Below, piece after piece: positions 9,123-20,202 of a DNA stretch of 64,000 nt. Position numbers and translations under genes: made by a program. Positions within the stretch are counted from its first letter, which is position 1. The number at the start of each line of letters is the position of its first letter. Where the stretch lies: contig JAXGMI010000001.1 of NCBI GenBank assembly GCA_040768745.1, positions 1,280,001 to 1,344,000 on the forward strand, read 5' to 3'. Under the pieces are notes generated by a model, which had not been told where the DNA came from, did no database searches, and saw only the letters and a program-made list of their open reading frames with translations. Source of the DNA: Desulfomicrobium sp. Its GTDB lineage: Bacteria; Desulfobacterota; Desulfovibrionia; Desulfovibrionales; Desulfomicrobiaceae.

Positions 9123-11551
9123 CCATTTTGGGCCGCTGCCCTGATTTTTGTCTGCCTGGCTTCCTCGGCCTTGTTCTGCTGCTCCAGAGCGGTGATGAGC
9201 ACCTCCCAGAAGGCTGGCGCCTCGGGCTTCAGATGTACGCTCTGTCGGGCCAGGGATTCCGCCACTTCGGGGTCGTCTCCGCGCTCCAGATAGATCTTGG
9301 CCAGCAGATGGTATGAGTACGGGTCATGGGGGTTGGTGATGATGGCCTGGTGTAAAAATTCCCGGGCCATGTCCCTGTCGTCGCGGCGGAAGGCCAGCCG
9401 GGCCAAGTAGCGATAGGCCAGGCGCTCGCCATCGGGCAGGGTGCGGACCCTGTCGTACAACTCCCAGGCCTGGTCCAGATCGCCCTCGTCCTCGGCCATG
9501 AGGCCCAAGCGGACCAGGGCGTAGACGTTGTCGGGCTGGATGTTCAGGACCTGGGCGAAGGCCTCTTTGGCGCTGGATGCATCGCCGTCCTTGAGGCACG
9601 CGCAGCCAAAATTATAGAGGGGCATGATGTGGTCCGGATAGAGCCGGACGAGGTCGTGAAAAATGGTCCGGGCCGTGGCGTATTTATTCAGGCGGGCATA
9701 ACAGATGCCGAGGGAATTGCGGGCCAGGAAATTTTTTTCATCGACGGTCAGGGCTTTTTTGTATTCAGCGATGGCATCATAGATCTCACCCTGGGCGAAA
9801 AGCCGGTCCGCGCTGATGTTCAGCGACACCGAATCGAAGCAGGCGATTTTCTCCCCTTGCAGCATGCTGGCGTGATCCAGGGCCTTCCGGGCGTTGTCCA
9901 GGATTTCCGAGCGAGTGGACTCCAGGAACGGGTAGCTGGCGATGCCCACGGTGGCGTCGAGGCCGTCGAAGCGGTCATCCTCGAGGAGTTCCTGAACGAT
10001 GCGGGCGCAGTCCTTCTGGTCCAGGCCCGGGACATAATACACAAGACAGTTCATGCTGTAGCGCCCACCCGAGGCCTCGGGGCCGAAGAGTGTCTCGGCC
10101 CGGCCGGTCAGGACCTGCAAGAACTGCTCTTCCTTCATCTGAACCAGAGGGGTGCGTTCGGCGTGGGGAGTTTCCAGGCGCATGAGCACAATGGAGAAGG
10201 ATTTTTCGTGGGCGCGGGCATTCTGCCAAGCCAGGAGAAAATCCCGGTACGGATAGAGTCCGGTCAGCACGTCCTTCTGCGGGATGCGATCATCGGAACG
10301 GGAGCTGTCCTGCTCCATGAGCCCGCTGTGTTCGTCCAGCAGGGTCAACTTGTCACCTTTCTCGACTACCCAGTTGGGATCCGTCTGGAACAAGACCTCG
10401 GCGATGGAAATTTCGTCCTGCGCTTCGACCAGGGATACCTCTCCCTTGTACATGGGGGGGTAGTGACCAAACACGGACTCGCCCCTGGGACCGACCATGG
10501 TTTCCCGGCCGTTGAACTTGCGGGACCAGATCAGGAAACGCTGACCCTCGTGGGCGTCCACGCTCCGCCCCAGGTTGATGACCAGCCGGTTCATGGGCAT
10601 GACTTCGAGAACAACCCCTCCCTGGCTCAGAATCTGACGGAAGGAATAGACCTGTCCCCGCCCTGTGGCCTGGGCTGCATGCAGGGCCTTTTCGGCTTTT
10701 TCCAGAACCACGTAGCACTGTTCCTCTGGGGCCTTGCGGAATTGGGCGCCTTGAAAATCCTGCGGGTAATTGACGAAACCGCAACAGGCCGACAGACCGA
10801 CATCCTCCCGCAGGGGGGCGAAACGGGCGGTGATGCGGGAAAGCTGTGCAACCAGGTTGTGGGCCAGTTCGCCCAGTTTGGTCCGGGAAGCCTGGGGGCA
10901 GAGCACTCCAAAGGCGTCTCCGTCCAGGCGGCATACAAGGGTCTGTTTGGGACAGATCTCGCGCAGGCACTCGGCAGCCAGGACAAGCAGCCTGTCTCCA
11001 AAAAGATGGCCGAAGTTTTCGTTGATCTGTCGGAAGCGGTCCAGGTCCACGACGATGAGTCCGAAACACGCGCTGTGCGTGTGCAGCGATTCGTCCGCCA
11101 AGGCCTCGGGGCCGGGCATGATGGCCCCCAGAATACCCGAGATTTCCCGGATCAGGGCTTGGTGGAGGCTGGTGCGGTTGAAGAGGCCGGTCAAGGGGTC
11201 GGTGATGGCCTGCTTGTGCAGGACGATCTGGTTCAGACACAGTGCAGCCATGACAGGCAGGTACGGCAGGGCCGGTCGAATTTTCTTGCGATCCACACCC
11301 CTGGCCGAGAAAATGGCCAAAAGCCTGCCCTGGCGGGTCAAGGGAAGTCTGAGGTGGTCATTCTCCAGCACAGCGCGGCCATGGGGACGGGCAGGTGTGG
11401 GCCCCAGATCCTTGGGGACGCTTGTCGGGAAGGTGAGGCTGTAGGAAGAAAAGGACAGGATGCCCTGCAGGGCTGTTTTGAGCAGGGACTCGTGCTCAAT
11501 GATGTCCTGGCGACGCAGGTCCGGAGTCTCGTTGGAAATTGCCGTGTGCAT
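9119..11551 (-). CDS. GGDEF-like (degenerate) and TPR repeat protein
   Basis: First domain TDPLTGLFNR, DLDRFRQINENFGHLFGD, RLDGDAF. Second domain starts KDVLTGLY. C-terminal TPR repeats (ARNSLGICY, LYNFGCAC). Confidence 0.88.
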   Translation of the reverse strand: MHTAISNETPDLRRQDIIEHESLLKTALQGILSFSSYSLTFPTSVPKDLGPTPARPHGRAVLENDHLRLPLTRQGRLLAIFSARGVDRKKIRPALPYLPVMAALCLNQIVLHKQAITDPLTGLFNRTSLHQALIREISGILGAIMPGPEALADESLHTHSACFGLIVVDLDRFRQINENFGHLFGDRLLVLAAECLREICPKQTLVCRLDGDAFGVLCPQASRTKLGELAHNLVAQLSRITARFAPLREDVGLSACCGFVNYPQDFQGAQFRKAPEEQCYVVLEKAEKALHAAQATGRGQVYSFRQILSQGGVVLEVMPMNRLVINLGRSVDAHEGQRFLIWSRKFNGRETMVGPRGESVFGHYPPMYKGEVSLVEAQDEISIAEVLFQTDPNWVVEKGDKLTLLDEHSGLMEQDSSRSDDRIPQKDVLTGLYPYRDFLLAWQNARAHEKSFSIVLMRLETPHAERTPLVQMKEEQFLQVLTGRAETLFGPEASGGRYSMNCLVYYVPGLDQKDCARIVQELLEDDRFDGLDATVGIASYPFLESTRSEILDNARKALDHASMLQGEKIACFDSVSLNISADRLFAQGEIYDAIAEYKKALTVDEKNFLARNSLGICYARLNKYATARTIFHDLVRLYPDHIMPLYNFGCACLKDGDASSAKEAFAQVLNIQPDNVYALVRLGLMAEDEGDLDQAWELYDRVRTLPDGERLAYRYLARLAFRRDDRDMAREFLHQAIITNPHDPYSYHLLAKIYLERGDDPEVAESLARQSVHLKPEAPAFWEVLITALEQQNKAEEARQTKIRAAAQNG

Positions 11552-11674
11552 GGTGGTTCCAGGGTGTTTTTTCGACGGCTTTGCCTGATGCTGGAACCCT
11601 TGTCCAGAAAGGAGAATTGAGTTTTGGGTGGAAGGTGGCTACATCGGCAGAAAATGAAGATGCAGGAGGATGGG

Positions 11675-12304
11675 ATGCTGCAGGTGACGGCGATGCCCCT
11701 CGGGGTGTTGGATACAAATTGTTATATAGTGCATACAGAGCGCGAGGCGACGGTCATCGATCCGGGGGGGGACGCGGACGAAATCCTGTCTTTTTTGGGC
11801 AGGAACAGGTTGACCCTGACCACGATCCTGAACACACATCTCCATTTCGACCATATCCAGGGCAATGCCGACCTGGTCGCCGCCACAGGCGCGCCAGTGC
11901 TGGCCAGCCCCAGGGACGGTTATCTGCTGGGGACCGAATTGGGGGGCGGAGGCATGATGGGCTTTCCACGTACCCCTGTTTTTTCGTTCACCCACCTCGA
12001 CGAGGGAGAGCAGACTTTTCTTGGCGCGGTTTGCCGCGTCCTGGCCACACCTGGTCACAGCCCGGGCAGCCTGTCCTTCTATTTTGCCGAAATCGGTTCT
12101 GTTTTTGTCGGCGACCTGCTTTTTTACCGGTCCGTAGGCCGTACGGACTTTCCCGGCAGCTCCGAGAGGGACCTCCTGCGCTCCGTGCGGACCAAGATTT
12201 TTTCCCTCCCCGAGGCCACTGTGGTCTACCCTGGACACGGTCCGGAAACCACAGTGGGAGCGGAACGTCTGAACAATCCCTTTTTCACGGAATTCATCCG
12301 TTAG
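11675..12304 (+). CDS. MBL-fold metallo-hydrolase (glyoxalase II/YcbL-like)
   Basis: Motifs TNCYIV, IDPG, THLHFDHI, TPGHSPG, GDLLF, VGRTDFPG and YPGHG. GGAGG RBS. Confidence 0.9.
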   Translation: MLQVTAMPLGVLDTNCYIVHTEREATVIDPGGDADEILSFLGRNRLTLTTILNTHLHFDHIQGNADLVAATGAPVLASPRDGYLLGTELGGGGMMGFPRTPVFSFTHLDEGEQTFLGAVCRVLATPGHSPGSLSFYFAEIGSVFVGDLLFYRSVGRTDFPGSSERDLLRSVRTKIFSLPEATVVYPGHGPETTVGAERLNNPFFTEFIR

Positions 12305-12312
12305 GAGATGAC

Positions 12313-12540
12313 ATGATTGCCGATGGCGAGCATGATTTCCGGAGCCAATGCTGACACGTGGGTGTAGACGCCAGTTGGCATCTCCGTTTCGGACGCAAGG
12401 ACAGGCAGGTTTTCTGGGTCAGCCCGGGAGTGGTCCCCCAGTTGGAAAATGTCCTCTATGTTGAAACCGATTGGACCCTGACCCTGGCCCCGGTTGGGGA
12501 ATGGATCCGTGCGGAATTCACGCGCAAGCCACGCCCATGA
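12313..12540 (+). CDS. Candidate 75-aa selenoprotein with a Cys-Sec motif, TusA/SirA-like
   Basis: AGGAG RBS at 12303-12307 and ATG at 12313. In-frame TGA at 12352-12354 continues in frame into the 60-aa track ORF: MIADGEHDFRSQCUHVGVDASWHLRFGRKDRQVFWVSPGVVPQLENVLYVETDWTLTLAPVGEWIRAEFTRKPRP. Ends in an ATGA overlap with the next gene. Confidence 0.72.
12355..12389 (+). promoter_or_regulatory. Putative bacterial SECIS element
   Basis: Stem AGACGCC/GGCATCT (one C-A mismatch) with apical loop AGTT. The loop starts 18 nt after the UGA and has G at position 2. Confidence 0.6.
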
Positions 12541-13088
12541 TTCCACTCGTCCTGTCCTTGAGCCCCCGACCCGAGGGCAATTCCGACAGCGCGGCCGAGC
12601 ATTTCGCCCGGTCCCTGGCTGGACCCAGCACGTTTCTCCGTTTGCGGGACCATGTCGTCGCGCCCTGCACGGGTTGCGGGGCCTGTGCCAAGAGCGGAAG
12701 ATGCGTGTTCGCCGACGGGGACCATGCCGAGGGCCTCTTCGCCAGCCTGGATGCGGCACCCATGGTCATGCTCGCCGCCCCGGTCTATTTCTACCATCTG
12801 CCCGCCCAAGCCAAGGCCTGGATAGACCGGGCCCAAAGCCGCTATCTCAGCGGCAGATTCGGGCAGGGGATCATCCGTCCTGCATATATTGTCCTGGTTG
12901 CCGGCAGAACCCGGGGGGTACATCTTTTTGCCGGCATCATGCCCACCTTGCGCTATTTCCTGCAGGTTTTCGACTTCTCCATCCAGGGTACTGTGCATTT
13001 GCGCGGACTGGATGGGCCCAGGGATCTCCTCGCCAACGAGAAGGCCTTGGAGGCAGTGGCCGCCCTGGCCCGGAGCAGCGGATGGTAG
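12537..13088 (+). CDS. Flavodoxin-family / iron-sulfur flavoprotein (FMN reductase fold)
   Basis: Motifs SPRPEGNS, PCTGCGAC...GRC and APVYFYHLPAQAKAWIDR. Confidence 0.88.
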   Translation: MIPLVLSLSPRPEGNSDSAAEHFARSLAGPSTFLRLRDHVVAPCTGCGACAKSGRCVFADGDHAEGLFASLDAAPMVMLAAPVYFYHLPAQAKAWIDRAQSRYLSGRFGQGIIRPAYIVLVAGRTRGVHLFAGIMPTLRYFLQVFDFSIQGTVHLRGLDGPRDLLANEKALEAVAALARSSGW

Positions 13089-13819
13089 CCAATGCGGCGT
13101 GCAGCCCCGCCTACCGGCTGCTTTCGAATTTTATGTTCAGGCTGGGTCGTCGCTGTCAGCTCTGCGCGGCAGTCCTCGACCATCCTGAGGATTTTCCTCT
13201 TTGTCCGCAATGTGCCGCTCTCCTTGCGCCGCGTCTGGGGGGCTACTGCCCTCGCTGCGGCGATTGCTACGCAGATCCCATGGCACCGGTTTACGACTGC
13301 TTGTCCTGCCGGACGGCCCCGCCGCCCTGGGCCGCCTTGGGTTTTTACGGTTCCTATTCCGGTCTGCTCCGGGATCTCGTACACCGGCACAAGTTCGGCC
13401 GGGACCATGGACTGGGAGTGATTCTGCGGTTCATGGTCCTCCAGGCCTGGAGGCTGCACGCCCTCGAACGGCCAGATATCATTGTTCCGGTGCCCATGCG
13501 GCCCATGCCTGTGCTGCGTCGAGGATTCAACCAGAGTGCGGAGCTTGGGCGCCTGCTGGCGGGCGCCCTCGGAGTGGCCTTTGCAGGGCAAGGGCTGCTG
13601 AAGATCAGGGAGACGAGGGCCCAGTCGAGTCTGGGCCGGGCGGCCAGGATGCGCAATGTGGCTGGGGCGTTCAGGGCTGCCAGGGACGTCGCTGGGCGGC
13701 GTGTGTTGCTCGTCGACGACGTCATGACCACAGGCGCCACCATGCGGGCCTGCTCCAGGGCGTGCCGGGAGGCGGGCGCAGCGCGTATCGAGGTCCTGGT
13801 TCTGGCCAGGGCGTCGTGA
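13082..13819 (+). CDS. comF: ComF-family protein (zinc ribbon plus PRTase-like domain)
   Basis: Four CxxC pairs, plus VPVP, RRGFNQ and LLVDDVMTTGAT. Confidence 0.88.
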   Translation: MVANAACSPAYRLLSNFMFRLGRRCQLCAAVLDHPEDFPLCPQCAALLAPRLGGYCPRCGDCYADPMAPVYDCLSCRTAPPPWAALGFYGSYSGLLRDLVHRHKFGRDHGLGVILRFMVLQAWRLHALERPDIIVPVPMRPMPVLRRGFNQSAELGRLLAGALGVAFAGQGLLKIRETRAQSSLGRAARMRNVAGAFRAARDVAGRRVLLVDDVMTTGATMRACSRACREAGAARIEVLVLARAS

Positions 13820-14078
13820 AGGGGCATTGTCCGCCATGCATGTGCTTCCCGGCATGCTCTGGATGTCGGTGTTTGAGGATGTCCAGGCGTCCATGCCCAG
13901 GGGCGGTGTCCGTGATCCTGAAGTTTTGTGTTGACGGCCTTGGGATTACGATTTATGGACAGCATCCCTCTCGGCTGATGCCCTGCTCCGGGCATCCTGT
14001 GGTTTCTCGTGATGTAACGTCTTGACGGGTTGCGCTGGAAAAGGTAGCCACGTCGTTCAATATTTTGGAGGTCGCAAA

Positions 14079-14390
14079 ATGTTTGCAATCGTGGAAGCGG
14101 GCGGAAAACAGTTTCGTGTGGAAGAAGGTCGCAGCCTGAAGGTGGCCAAGATGTCCGCGCAGGCCGGGACAGAGATAACTCTGGACAAGATTCTGCTTGT
14201 CGGGACCGGCGCCGACGTGAAGATAGGTCAGCCTTTCGTGTCCGGAGCGTCCGTGCAGTGCGAAGTGGTCGATCACGGCCGGGACAAGAAAATCATCATA
14301 TTCAAGAAGAAACGCCGCAAGGATTATCGCAGAACACAGGGTCACCGTCAGGATTTCACGCTGCTCAAGGTGAAGTCCATTCAGGCCTAG
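14079..14390 (+). CDS. rplU: 50S ribosomal protein L21
   Basis: MFAIVEAGGKQFRV...GHRQDFT. Confidence 0.97.
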   Translation: MFAIVEAGGKQFRVEEGRSLKVAKMSAQAGTEITLDKILLVGTGADVKIGQPFVSGASVQCEVVDHGRDKKIIIFKKKRRKDYRRTQGHRQDFTLLKVKSIQA

Positions 14391-14405
14391 TGTCGGGAGG
14401 AAAAC

Positions 14406-16952
<2,547 letters not shown>

Positions 16953-16973
16953 GGGCCGTTCCCGGCCCTGGGT

Positions 16974-17612
16974 TCAGTCCCGGTGGAGGTGGAAGACGAG
17001 GAGCCGTCCAGTCTCCAGGCGCACCGTGGCAGTGCTGCTGGTGAACACGTTGCTCATGCCCCATGTTGTCCCGAAATGCAGGGTTGCGTTCTGCAGCGGG
17101 TACTCCAGGCCGGACAGTGTCACGCCAGCGGCCTGGGGGGTGACGGGCATGAGGGACAGGGTGTCACCGACGGTTCCCTGCAACTCCAGAAAAGAGTCCG
17201 CCAGATAGACGCTTTGGGCCGCGTCCATGATGCAGGTCGGAACGGAGTGGGCCTGGCAGAGGGAGAGCAGGAAAAGGTTGCCCAGGGTGTGGTCCAGACG
17301 CCCGCCCGTGGCCCCGAGGAGGGTGATGCGGGTGGCCTGGCCGGCAAAGGCGAGGTGCAGGGCCAGCTCCAGATCGGTGGCGTCCTTTTGCGGAGGATGC
17401 AGATGCAGGGGCACGCCCTGGCGTCGGTAGAGCTCCAGCAGCTCGGACGGGATGGAGTCCATGTCCCCCACGGCCAAGTGCGGCGTGAGGCCCATGGCCA
17501 GAAGATGGCTCCCGCCCCCATCAACAGCCACCAGCCGGTCGGCGGTGGAAAGCAGGTTCTGTATCCGGGGTGCAAGCTGACAGTGGCCGTTGGCCAGAAG
17601 AACCCAATGCAT
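16974..17612 (-). CDS. thiN: Thiamine diphosphokinase
   Basis: Motifs AVDGG, GDMDS, KDATDLELAL, GGRLDHTLGN and GLEYPL. Confidence 0.92.
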   Translation of the reverse strand: MHWVLLANGHCQLAPRIQNLLSTADRLVAVDGGGSHLLAMGLTPHLAVGDMDSIPSELLELYRRQGVPLHLHPPQKDATDLELALHLAFAGQATRITLLGATGGRLDHTLGNLFLLSLCQAHSVPTCIMDAAQSVYLADSFLELQGTVGDTLSLMPVTPQAAGVTLSGLEYPLQNATLHFGTTWGMSNVFTSSTATVRLETGRLLVFHLHRD

Positions 17613-17739
17613 GCGCGCTCCATTGAGAAATGTCTGCCATGATCCGTCGCCATGTCTGGCAAACGTTCCGGCGTGCAAAGAAAGCTAACCATCTGCTGTG
17701 GACAAATCAAGGGCCCGGAAACGGCATGGGAGTTGAGCG

Positions 17740-18615
17740 GTGGGACTGAAAATTTCCGTACACGGCGGGCACAGCGGCCAGTTCTGCACCCATGCCCGCG
17801 ACTCCCTGGCCGAGATGGTGGCCGAGTATCATCGCCAGGGGTTTGCCTGCGTTTGCCTGACCGAGCATATGCCTCCAGAGTCTGATGCCTGGCGATACGC
17901 CGACGAGGTGGAGGCCGGGTTGACTGCAAGGGACATGCAAGAGCGCTTCCAGGCCTATGTGGACGAGGCCAGACGCCTGTCTGGATTGTACGCCGGCCAG
18001 ATGACAGTGCTCGTGGGCATGGAGTCGGAATGGTATCCGGGGGTGCAGGCCGGAGTGGCCCGCTGGCGAGGGGACCTTGATGTGCTGGTCGGCTCCGTGC
18101 ATCATGTCGGCGGGATCTGCTTTGACTATTCACCGGAACATTACGCCGGGGCCGTGGCCAGGGCCGGCGGCCTCATTCCCTTGTACCTCTCCTATCTGGA
18201 CGCGCAGTGGGAAATGCTTGTGGGCCTGCGGCCGGAAGTGGTCGGCCATTTTGATCTGATCCGCATGCACGATCAGGACTATGTCCAGCGCATCGCCCAT
18301 CCGCAGGTGTGGAGCCGCATCACCCGCAATCTGAAACTGATAGGGGAAATAGGGGCGGTGCTCGATGTGAATAGCCGGGCCCTGCTCAAGGGTCAGCCTG
18401 AACCCTACGTCTGCAAGCCCATTCTCGAGGCCGCGTCCTCGCTGGGAATCCGGGCCGCGTTCGGGGACGACGCCCACGGGGTGGACGATGTGGGCAGAGG
18501 GGAAGAATCTGTGCGGAACCTATTGACCAAGGGCGGATTTGCCCCGCTGACCATTACGGGTGGCCAAGATCGCCAAGGGGGATGTCGGGAGTTTTTTTCC
18601 AAGCCCTCCACATGA
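17740..18615 (+). CDS. hisK: PHP-family histidinol-phosphatase
   Basis: Motifs HGGHSGQFCTHA, LTEHMP, GSVHHV, GHFDLIR and GDDAH. Confidence 0.85.
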   Translation: MGLKISVHGGHSGQFCTHARDSLAEMVAEYHRQGFACVCLTEHMPPESDAWRYADEVEAGLTARDMQERFQAYVDEARRLSGLYAGQMTVLVGMESEWYPGVQAGVARWRGDLDVLVGSVHHVGGICFDYSPEHYAGAVARAGGLIPLYLSYLDAQWEMLVGLRPEVVGHFDLIRMHDQDYVQRIAHPQVWSRITRNLKLIGEIGAVLDVNSRALLKGQPEPYVCKPILEAASSLGIRAAFGDDAHGVDDVGRGEESVRNLLTKGGFAPLTITGGQDRQGGCREFFSKPST

Positions 18616-19024
18616 GTCGACTCGACACAAGAAGACCGCTGCCCACAAGAATATAGACCGCGCATTTGATCTCCACTGCCATGGATGTCCAGGACATGAT
18701 CCGGCCCAGGGCGATCATGAGGACGATCAGCGTCCAGTTCCTCAAAGAAAAAAGACCGCCCAGGCAGGTGGGCACAGCCCTGCTTTGGATACGGGCAATG
18801 ATTTTCCCGGCCACGTTGTCAATAACCATCCGGCTCTTGACCAATCCCAGCACAAGTCCTCCCAGCCCGACTCCGGCCCCGGTCAGCCATGATTCCTGGC
18901 AAAGCAGGACAACTCCCCTGACGATGAGCAGAAAGCCCACTGCGGACCAGAAGCAGGCTGCCGTGAAGAGCTGCGTTCGGGGAGAGGTGCGGGGGGTCAG
19001 CCGATCGAGGAACTGGGGCAGCAT
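18554..19024 (-). CDS. Small membrane protein with about four transmembrane segments
   Basis: Four hydrophobic stretches. Lies downstream of cydB. Confidence 0.7.
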   Translation of the reverse strand: MLPQFLDRLTPRTSPRTQLFTAACFWSAVGFLLIVRGVVLLCQESWLTGAGVGLGGLVLGLVKSRMVIDNVAGKIIARIQSRAVPTCLGGLFSLRNWTLIVLMIALGRIMSWTSMAVEIKCAVYILVGSGLLVSSRLMWRAWKKTPDIPLGDLGHP

Positions 19025-19101
19025 TGCGGTTCCCTGGATTGTTGAGCTTGCGGGGAGAGATGGCCGGGAACGTCACAGATGAAGGAATGCACCGTGCATG
19101 G

Positions 19102-19131
19102 AGGCCGGGGCGGTGACAGCCACCCCGGCCT
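19102..19131 (-). terminator. Hairpin after cydB
   Basis: AGGCCGGGG...CCCCGGCCT with no clear U tail. Confidence 0.45.
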
Positions 19132-19146
19132 ATTCAGGCGAGAGAA

Positions 19147-20172
19147 CTAGTAGGCGCCTTCCTGGTTCAACTCCTTGTCCGTGACCTTGTGCGAGAAGGT
19201 CCGGTACATCCAAAACTGGTAGGCGGCGACAATGGGCACGAAGACCAGGGCCACTCCGAGCATGATGGACAGGGTGAGGGTGCTGGAGGCGGCATTGCTG
19301 ATGGTGATGGAGAATTCCGGGGCAATGCTCGACGGCAGCAGGGCCGGGTAGAGGCCAACCACGCCGAAAAGGGTCAGGCCCGCGATCAGAACCGCAGACA
19401 GGGCCCATGCATACCACCAGTCCCCCTTGCCGATCTGGCGTCTGAGCAGGACCAGGGCCAGGACAGGCACGGCCAGCAGAACCAGCATCAGAGGGTTGCG
19501 CAGATAGTTCGCCAGCAAATTGGTGCTGAAGGCCGTCAGGACGACAAAAGCCGCGATAAGGGCGGCCAGCACCGGCCAGAGTTTGCGGGTCAGGCTTGCG
19601 GCGCGTTGTTGCAGATCGCCTTCGGTCTTGACCGTCAGCCACAGGGACCCGTGCATGGCAAAGAGAAGTACGAAGAGGGCCCCCCCGGCCAGACCGTAAG
19701 GGTTGAGCAGGGTCAGCAGGTTGCCCTGAAACACGCCGTTCTGGTCCAGAGGCAGACCCATGAAGATGTTGGCGAAGGCCACCCCCAGGAGCAGGGCGGG
19801 CAGGAAGCTGCCGACCGTCGCACCCAAGTCCCAGACCCGACGCCAGGCGGTGTTTTCAACCTGATGGCGGAATTCCAGGGACACGCCGCGGATGATCAGG
19901 GCGAAGAGCAGGAGCATGAGCGGGGTGTAGAGGCCGCTGAACATGACGGCGTAGGCCTTGGGAAACGCGGCAAAGGTGACTCCGCCGGCGGTGATCAGCC
20001 AGACCTCGTTGCCATCCCAGAAAGGCCCCATGGCGTTGAGCATGACCCGGCGGTCGCGGTCCGACTTGCCGAGGATCGGGATCAGGGAACCGATGCCCAG
20101 GTCGTAGCCATCCAGGATGAAATAGATGGCCCACAGTACTCCCCAGAGTAGGAACCAGATGGTTTCGAGCAT
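19147..20172 (-). CDS. cydB: Cytochrome bd oxidase subunit II
   Basis: Motifs LDGYDLG and GPFWDGNEVWLITAGG. Confidence 0.97.
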   Translation of the reverse strand: MLETIWFLLWGVLWAIYFILDGYDLGIGSLIPILGKSDRDRRVMLNAMGPFWDGNEVWLITAGGVTFAAFPKAYAVMFSGLYTPLMLLLFALIIRGVSLEFRHQVENTAWRRVWDLGATVGSFLPALLLGVAFANIFMGLPLDQNGVFQGNLLTLLNPYGLAGGALFVLLFAMHGSLWLTVKTEGDLQQRAASLTRKLWPVLAALIAAFVVLTAFSTNLLANYLRNPLMLVLLAVPVLALVLLRRQIGKGDWWYAWALSAVLIAGLTLFGVVGLYPALLPSSIAPEFSITISNAASSTLTLSIMLGVALVFVPIVAAYQFWMYRTFSHKVTDKELNQEGAY

Positions 20173-20202
20173 GTATGAATCCTCCTTGACTGTCCGATGG
20201 GG

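Noticed and set aside
12358..12540. 60-aa GTG-start version of the small ORF
   Set aside because: The nearest GGAG is 13 nt away, and an in-frame ATG with a better RBS lies upstream across the TGA. Kept only as the alternative to Sec read-through.
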